Part shown: one piece after another, positions 26,294-33,035 of the stretch
How the letters are laid out: each line of letters opens with the position of its first letter
How positions within the stretch are numbered: position 1 is the first letter of the stretch
NCBI GenBank assembly: GCA_963663765.2
Contig: CAXXUA010000012.1
Coordinates: forward strand, 1-33,035
Length of the DNA: 33,035 bases
Source: Candidatus Poribacteria bacterium
GTDB taxonomy: Bacteria; Poribacteria; WGA-4E; WGA-3G
Direction: 5' to 3'
Position numbers and translations under genes: made by a program
Notes under the pieces: generated by a model
What the model was told of the DNA's origin: nothing
The model's database searches: none
The model's input: the letters and a program-made list of their open reading frames with translations, nothing else

Positions 26294-28027
26294 CTACCGC
26301 GAAGGTCGTAATTGCGTTCTTGTTTGTGCAGACATCTTTTTAATTTTTTCGCTTGCTGCTTTTTTGGTGGTTGGCGTATCTTCCTGAGAAACACCCCGCC
26401 AACGTAGCCAGCCGAGTTGTTTAGGAGTCGGTGGTTCAAAATCAATGAGCGTTGAAATGAGTGCTGAGGCATCTGCACAGTTCAACAGGTCTAACTCAGC
26501 GAATTCAAAATCAAACTTATCAGATAGTAGTTTTTTCTGTTTGTGAGTAGCTGATCTGGATCGCATTGAAAACGAAGTGCGAGATAAGGCTTGCATCAAT
26601 CGTTTCCAAACAGCTTGAAAGTCGTGAGCTTCACCACAAATCCGTCTCAGTAGTTTTGTGTCAACTAACAAGAGCAGCCCTTCTGACAGACTTTCTGCGT
26701 CAATGTCGTCAGGCAATATGTCGTATTCAGCTTCTTTTTTTGCTATGAGTGCCTGTTTCGCATCTACTTTTACACTTTCAAGTCTCTGTGATAATACGCT
26801 ATGCAACGCTTGCAGGTGTGGTGCGCGGGCTTTCTGCCACTCAATCAACTCCAGTATAGACAGGTCTGGTCTGGTGAAGTGTAAATTCGCATACCCGCCA
26901 AAGATGCCGGATGCTGCCACAGAGATCAAATCACTCTGTCTGCGTTTGAATGCGAGATCAAGAATTAAGCAATCCTGTTTACCGGGTGCTTTCCGCAGTC
27001 CTCGCCCCACCATTTGTTGAATAAGTAATCCGCTCTTGGTAGGTCTTGCCACGACCAATGCGTCTATACAGGGACAATCAAAACCTTCCGTCAAAACCAT
27101 GCAATTGACAAGGACGCGTAGTTTTCCGTTTTCAAAATCGTGTAGTGTTTGTCTGCGTTGCTCCGTTGGTGTTGATCCAAGCACACACCCTGAAGGGATA
27201 CCCGCATCATTCAATATGTTTGTAGCTTCGGTAGCAGATGCTACATTTGGCAGGAATATCAGGATGTGTTTACGGTCGTTGAGTCTGTCAGCAATTACAT
27301 GTGGGAGATTGTCTAAAAGTCCTCCCTCAGACATCGCTTCACCGAGTTGGTTTTTGTTGAGATCACCGACACTGCTTCGCACATGTGATATATCCACTCC
27401 AGCGTCATGTGTCTCGCACCGAAAATCTGAAAGATAATCGGGGATTAGGTCAGCAATAGAAAGACGGTATACCACTTCGTCATAAATCTTATCAAGGCTT
27501 TCACCGTCCGTCCGTTCTGGTGTCGCGGTAACACCGAGCAAGGTTCGGTCAGGGTGGTGGTTCGGTTCTATTTCTTCAGCGTTAGAGACACCACAAGTGA
27601 ACAGGTCTATCAAGCCGTATCTGTAGAACAATCTTCGGTATGAATCGGCTGTGCTGTGATGTGCTTCATCGCAAATAATGAGGTCGTAATCGGTGGGGAG
27701 TTGGTGAAGTCGCGACCTGCGGGCAAGTGTCTGAACAGATGCGATTGTGATCTGTGTGTTGGTTTCGTTCTGCTGCCCCATCACTATCCCAACATCGCAA
27801 GACGGATCAAGATTTAGAAATGTGTTTTTAGTTTGTTGAATCAGTTCTTGACGATGTGCCAACACCAAAGTTTTGAGGTTGTGCTTACGAGCGTAAGACG
27901 CAAAGATCACCGTCTTACCGCCGCCTGTAGGGATAACGATTGATTTTCGGGTGGCTTCGGAATTGTTAATAAGGTCTACACACTCATGCTGATATCCTCT
28001 CAGTTCGAGTGTTTTGTCTGTGTTCAT
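26294..28027 (-). CDS. SF2 DEAD/DEAH helicase, second copy
   Basis: Identical to 9220-10953. Confidence 0.93.
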   Translation of the reverse strand: MNTDKTLELRGYQHECVDLINNSEATRKSIVIPTGGGKTVIFASYARKHNLKTLVLAHRQELIQQTKNTFLNLDPSCDVGIVMGQQNETNTQITIASVQTLARRSRLHQLPTDYDLIICDEAHHSTADSYRRLFYRYGLIDLFTCGVSNAEEIEPNHHPDRTLLGVTATPERTDGESLDKIYDEVVYRLSIADLIPDYLSDFRCETHDAGVDISHVRSSVGDLNKNQLGEAMSEGGLLDNLPHVIADRLNDRKHILIFLPNVASATEATNILNDAGIPSGCVLGSTPTEQRRQTLHDFENGKLRVLVNCMVLTEGFDCPCIDALVVARPTKSGLLIQQMVGRGLRKAPGKQDCLILDLAFKRRQSDLISVAASGIFGGYANLHFTRPDLSILELIEWQKARAPHLQALHSVLSQRLESVKVDAKQALIAKKEAEYDILPDDIDAESLSEGLLLLVDTKLLRRICGEAHDFQAVWKRLMQALSRTSFSMRSRSATHKQKKLLSDKFDFEFAELDLLNCADASALISTLIDFEPPTPKQLGWLRWRGVSQEDTPTTKKAASEKIKKMSAQTRTQLRPSR

Positions 28028-29141
28028 TGATAATCTCCTGTTGATAGAAAATAGGAGAACCAATGCACTGCCACCAGTTTACTATAAGTAAATATTTTTC
28101 TGCTTGGTGAAAATTCATTGTTTTTCTCCTTAAACTTAAATATACTTGAATATTGTCAGTATCCAAAGTTCCATTAAACTAATACCATTATACCATTATC
28201 TTGTTTCATAGTCAAGGAGAAAATTGCATCAGACGCATAATATAACAATCAAATACAACTTATCATAACGTGAACCTATCACGCATGTATACCTAAACAA
28301 AAAACCGCATCGGATTACCGACACGGTTCTTTGTAAGTTTAAGGCACGACTAGGGGTCGTGTTAGGCGGTTGTGAGGTTTTAATACAACCTTGACGAGTT
28401 GCGTGTATAGCGGCTGACAAAGTCCGCGACAAATCGTCTACAACATAGTATGCCATAACCACCCCACTGTTGCAATCCAATTTTTTCGTTATTTCTGTCG
28501 TATACCATGCATTTTTATGACAAAACATGCTCATTTTCCGTGTTTTTGATGTGTGTCTACACCCTGTTATGAAATGTATAATATAGCCATGATACCAGTT
28601 GTTTGGTGCGTGAACCTTAGCCACAAAAAATATTTGTTAAGAAACTTAACAAAGTTCAGATTCGCACTCACGGAAATCCGTTATTGTTCTGTGGAATCGT
28701 CCACTCTCGCGCGGTTAGGCGGACGTGCTGCCATCCAAACAAGGAGTCAGAGCAGCGCGCTTTTGACTGCGTATCTTTGACAATGGGGGTGTCTATTAGG
28801 AGTCCGTTGTATCGTTTTTCTGATGGGGGCATTGGTTACCTCACGGTAATCGTCACAGAATTCTTTGAGTTCAAAATTGACAGATTTCGGGTAATTATTG
28901 GAATCTGGGTACTCAAATTGTCCCATTTTAGCAAACTACCACATGCTATCCATCCCAAAGCGTCAACGTATGTAAAATTAGTGTTTTAGTAAAGGGGTGT
29001 TCTAATAAAAGCGTTGTAGGGCATTCTGAGCATTTTTAATTTCGGGACAAACTTTGCGAAAAGTGGGTTAGATACAGGGGACTGCCGGGCGGCTTTTTTT
29101 ATCTGCGTGAACAAAAAAGTAGAGTTGCAAGTCTACAATTG

Positions 29142-29515
29142 GATATAAGGCGGGCGGAGGTGAGCCGCAAAAGCACGCTTTAGTGTGTGTTGCGTGCGAG
29201 TCGTAGCCCGCCGAAGCAGCGAGGCGGTGTGTGTGCAGTGTGCAGCAAGCCCGCAGCGTTTGCGTAGTCTGCCTGCTGGTGCAAGGGTGCGTTGCGTATT
29301 CTCGCATCTAAACCCGCAGCAAGCGTCGCGTCTGTGGAGTTGCCGTAGTGTAGTGGAGCGAGTCCCCGCAGTCAAAGCGCAGCGGTGCCAAGGGGACGAA
29401 AAGCGGAACGAAACGGAGGCTATGCCACATAGCGCAAGCGTCCAGCACAGCAGACGGAGCAATAAGCAAGTGGCGCAGCAAACCTGCTAAGCACGCGCCG
29501 TCGCGGTGATGTATC
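29142..29515 (+). other. Branched hairpin element B, second copy
   Basis: Same as 12068-12441. Confidence 0.65.
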
Positions 29516-29527
29516 AGGAGAATTGAC

Positions 29528-29704
29528 ATGTCAGAGGAAAAGAAAAGTACTCTTAGTGATAAGGATATAGATCGTATAATTAGAAGAGTTGCCGTGGACT
29601 CCAATTACTCTAAGGTGGAGATAAACGCGGATGCCGGTAGTAACAGACGAGAGAATACACTACTAAAACTTTGGATACGCCAAAATACGTGCCTTGTGTG
29701 CTAA
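29528..29704 (+). CDS. Small 58-aa protein, second copy
   Basis: Same as 12454-12630. Confidence 0.45.
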   Translation: MSEEKKSTLSDKDIDRIIRRVAVDSNYSKVEINADAGSNRRENTLLKLWIRQNTCLVC

Positions 29705-29729
29705 ACACGCGCTGTCGTGATACTTTCAC

Positions 29730-30041
29730 CTAATCATCTGTCGGTTCACTTAATCTTGATGTTTGCAATTCGTCTATTTTTCCGACATCTGATGTCGCTA
29801 CCTTCCAGCTTACTTTGATGAACACAACGAATAAGACAATTGGAATGATGATATCTACCATAGCATGCAATATGTGGTACATGTGATATCCTAAGTTGTA
29901 AAGCCCTGATGTCCAATGATCTATTTCTTCTTCCGTAGGCACCATGACTTGCTTCTGAATTTTGACTGCTGTGATATGTCCAACGTATTTTAGATAAAGA
30001 TTGGCGTCATTTGTTATAGTTTTTAACCATCCTTTGCCCAT
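29730..30041 (-). CDS. Hypothetical membrane protein, second copy
   Basis: Identical to 12656-12967. Confidence 0.75.
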   Translation of the reverse strand: MGKGWLKTITNDANLYLKYVGHITAVKIQKQVMVPTEEEIDHWTSGLYNLGYHMYHILHAMVDIIIPIVLFVVFIKVSWKVATSDVGKIDELQTSRLSEPTDD

Positions 30042-30129
30042 GGTACACCTCCTTTGCGCTTGAAACGCCCAAAGGGTATTGTTTTTCTCTCCATTACGCG
30101 GTCATTTCAAATTTCCTTTCAAATACCAT

Positions 30130-30672
30130 TTACCAAATTATATGCGGATCACCCGGAGCTATAAACGGGTCGGATGATCTGAAAAATGAATTAGTCGGTT
30201 TGCTCCAATCGGGTATATTAACAGATATTAGATCTACATCTTCAGGTAAACGCTTATTTAACACAGGATTAAGTATAAGCCCGAGATATTTTTCTATACC
30301 GGGAAGTGGATTCGTAGATTTCAATAGTTCTGTTGCACTGAATCGGTTTAGAGTGGGGTATCTGGATGGATTTGCGCGCACGGGATGCAATGGTGGAATT
30401 GCCCACGTTGCATATAGTCCATAATCTTGAAATTCTGGTTTACTGAGATGTTCTCTGAATCTCTGTTTAATATACCCGCTTCCTACATACAAGGTTTTGT
30501 CGTTATGAAGACCTTCCCAAATGATATAAACGCCGCTAACATCAAGTTCAAGGATTTTAAACCCGATCTGAAACTTATGTGTAAGACGTGGATCGTTTAA
30601 GAGTTCTGAATTGAAGCGGCACCAAAGCAAATTATATTTATCCTTTTTCCAATTTACGTTCATAGATTCCAT
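30130..30672 (-). CDS. GIY-YIG-like nuclease, second copy
   Basis: Identical to 13056-13598. Confidence 0.75.
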   Translation of the reverse strand: MESMNVNWKKDKYNLLWCRFNSELLNDPRLTHKFQIGFKILELDVSGVYIIWEGLHNDKTLYVGSGYIKQRFREHLSKPEFQDYGLYATWAIPPLHPVRANPSRYPTLNRFSATELLKSTNPLPGIEKYLGLILNPVLNKRLPEDVDLISVNIPDWSKPTNSFFRSSDPFIAPGDPHIIW

Positions 30673-30734
30673 GAGGGCACCTCCTTAAAAGTTGCGGGTC
30701 GCCAGTTTGAACTGACGACCCATTTGTAATACCT

Positions 30735-31175
30735 TTATTCTTTTGAGTTCTCCAGTGATTTCTCCTGCGGTTGTGTTGGCGGGGGTTCTGTGAACTCCTC
30801 GCCCCGAGCTTCCGCTTCTTTTCGCCTATGTTCCCACGCTGCGATCTCGCGGTAAACCTCCGCTTTGGCTTCTGCTTTAGCTGCTTCTATCCGTTTCTCA
30901 CGTCTTGCTTCAATAAAGTCTGATAATAACATGATCAGGTCTATGCCTCCGATTATCATTGCGGCGAATGCCGCACCCACAGGTATAAATGCGGAAATAT
31001 CTTTTGTGACATTTTGAACGGATACGTGTCCCTTCCAGCCTTGTGTGAGTTCAAAGTCCAGTGCAATGTATCCGTATATGAGAGCAAATAGAGAAATTAG
31101 GAATAGAGCAACGCCTGTTTTTCCTGTTCTCCAGAAGTCTCGGACAGCTTTCCAGAAGGTTCTAATCTGTTTCAA
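30735..31175 (-). CDS. Hypothetical membrane protein, second copy
   Basis: Identical to 13661-14101. Confidence 0.8.
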   Translation of the reverse strand: MKQIRTFWKAVRDFWRTGKTGVALFLISLFALIYGYIALDFELTQGWKGHVSVQNVTKDISAFIPVGAAFAAMIIGGIDLIMLLSDFIEARREKRIEAAKAEAKAEVYREIAAWEHRRKEAEARGEEFTEPPPTQPQEKSLENSKE

Positions 31176-31324
31176 AATGTGCTCCGCTGTGTTGTGTACA
31201 ATATAACATATTTTAGATTTTAAATCAAGGTGAATTCCAGTTGTCGTTTGTTGCCCATCTGCGTATTGTGCGTGGTGCCCCGTCTTTTTGGAGTCATAAG
31301 CAGTATTTGAACATTGATAGCCTT

Positions 31325-32065
31325 TTATGCGGTGCGTGTTATCCGCTGTATCTTGTCCTTTTCCAGTGAGGTTAAGTCGTAGCCTCTGGTGGCAAGTTCA
31401 AGGAATAGTTTTTCGTCGCTGAAAGTCTTGAGTGAACTGCCTAAAATGTCCCTTATGTGCAGTTCAGAACTTATTGCCATCGCTTCAACAGCAGCACGGA
31501 CATTTTGATAGTTGACACCGAGATATTTCTGAGTTGTCGTGATGTTCTTATGCCCAAGCATCTCTTGCACCGCATAAATATCACCGGTGCGATCATAAAG
31601 CCGTTGAGCAAATGACTTACGCATTGAATGTGTCGCGAGTTTTCCGTTCAATCCAGCCAACTCAAAAGCCTTTTTCAAAACATCATGAGCAGCGCGTCTT
31701 GACATCTTGGTGCTGCCTTGTCCGTTACGAGAGGGGAATAATGGTCGTTGCTTTGCGATGCTCTTGTATGTCTTGCGATGCCATTTCACAACATCACTGA
31801 TCGCTGCTCTACCATCAGAATTCACCGGGACAGCACGGGAGTGTTCCTTGCCCTTGACTATAGATTTATCAAAAAGCATGTCTCTCACCGGGGATCCATT
31901 CTGGTAGAACATCTCCGATACATAGGCTCTAGCAGCTCACTGATCCGTCCCGCCTGTAGACACGCCAATAAGAAAAAGCGAACGGTTGCGAATTTGGTAA
32001 ATGCCGTCAAAACATTCAGAGACCTGCCGAATTTCATTGTTGTCAAGAGGTCTTGTGCCTTTCAT
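31325..32065 (-). CDS. Tyrosine recombinase, second copy, broken by three 1-bp insertions (probable read errors)
   Basis: tagaacat vs tagacat, ggctctag vs ggcttag, gtcccgcc vs gtccgcc at ~31908-31951. Confidence 0.85.
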
Positions 32066-32473
32066 GTTTACCTCAATGTATTCTGTGTGTGATTCATGAT
32101 CACAGACCTGAATAATTACGAATCCTTAAAACTAAATACCCTGAGCTGTTTCTCGCTATAGGGATGTACTAAAAAAGTGAAATTTGAAAACATTGCCGTA
32201 AAGCCTATGCCCTACGCAATTCAGTCAAAAATGCCGATGGTCACTTTTTTAGTACCCTCCCCTAATTTGATACCTATAAATCGGGGTTGGAAACCCCTCC
32301 AACATTTGGTGGGAACTGGCCTACGCAATTCAGTCAAAAATGCCGATGGTCACTTTTTTAGTACCCTCCCCTATTTTGATACCTATTATATTTTGTCAAA
32401 TTACAACTATTCTAACCAAATCTGATCGGCACTGTCTGTGAAGCACAAGCCCCAACCTTTAGGTTGTGGGGCA

Positions 32474-32872
32474 CTATGACGATTCTTTGGCTAAACCTAA
32501 AAAGCGAACCAAATTAAAAGGCGGCTTTGGCAACATCAGCATTTTGCTTTTTTCTTGCTCTATTTTTAGCATATTCATCAGCTGGTTCTCTCGTTCATTT
32601 GACTGTTCAAGCTGAGATTTCAGATCCCTTACCTGCACTTCCAGTAAATCAACAACTTTTGCTGTGTCATTACCTGCCATTTCATTGTCATTGACCTGTT
32701 CATTGACAGGTTTTAATCTCCCATACACACGTTCAAGCTCTGCGGGATCTATCAGGTTTCTCCCTTTCTCGTCTTTGGTAGCTGACAACTCACCCTCACG
32801 GATAGCACGTCGCAGCGTTGATTCCGACACGTCTACCAGTTCCAGCGATTCTTTGATCGTTATTTTTGACAT
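32474..32872 (-). CDS. HTH + coiled-coil protein copy 1, second unit
   Basis: Identical to 15394-15792. Confidence 0.85.
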   Translation of the reverse strand: MSKITIKESLELVDVSESTLRRAIREGELSATKDEKGRNLIDPAELERVYGRLKPVNEQVNDNEMAGNDTAKVVDLLEVQVRDLKSQLEQSNERENQLMNMLKIEQEKSKMLMLPKPPFNLVRFLGLAKESS

Positions 32873-33035
32873 ATCCAATACCTGCCATTCAAATAGTATT
32901 TGAATATATCAACGTCTGTCAATGCCATTTGATACATATTCTATGAGTGTGATGCACAGGGAGTATGTCAGCGCATCAAAATGTCGGCTGAAAAGGTAGT
33001 GTAATATTACCAATTATTGCGTAAATGCCACTAAT

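Larger units (their letters stand above)
1..33035. repeat. Tandem duplication with period 17,074 bp (1-15955 = 17075-33035); probably ~1.94 copies of a circular plasmid
   Basis: tctgctacaagtgtgcg at 1 recurs at 17075. All ORFs recur at +17074; the offset rises to +17080 after six 1-bp insertions at ~31908-32320. Confidence 0.97.

Noticed and set aside
31900-32330. Programmed frameshift or real pseudogenisation of the recombinase in copy 2
   Set aside because: Clustered 1-bp insertions near the contig end, also in non-coding DNA; copy 1 is intact.

Overview
The window is about 1.94 tandem copies of one 17,074-bp unit: 1-15955 is repeated at 17075-33035. The only differences I found are six single-base insertions near the end of copy 2. 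The simplest reading is an over-assembled or concatemeric circular bacterial plasmid of about 17 kb. Nearly all credible genes lie on the minus strand. They are a beta-class DNA methyltransferase fused to a C-terminal HNH nuclease, small Ig-like and SSB-like proteins, a 1414-aa AEP-primase / Zn-finger / UL9-like SF2 helicase / HTH replication protein, a second SF2 helicase, a GIY-YIG-like nuclease, two membrane proteins, a tyrosine recombinase, and two paralogous HTH-coiled-coil proteins flanking a palindrome-rich intergenic region and an acidic small protein. I see no relaxase, ParA, capsid, rRNA, tRNA or CRISPR array. Three non-coding structures stand out. (1) A putative copy-control module upstream of rep: a 48-bp tandem array inside a leader ORF, a hairpin that sequesters the rep RBS, and an antisense promoter plus terminator. 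(2) Two diverged, homologous, branched hairpin elements of about 260-370 nt on the non-coding strand. (3) Several long inverted repeats. All functional calls come from motif recognition by eye, with no database searches.
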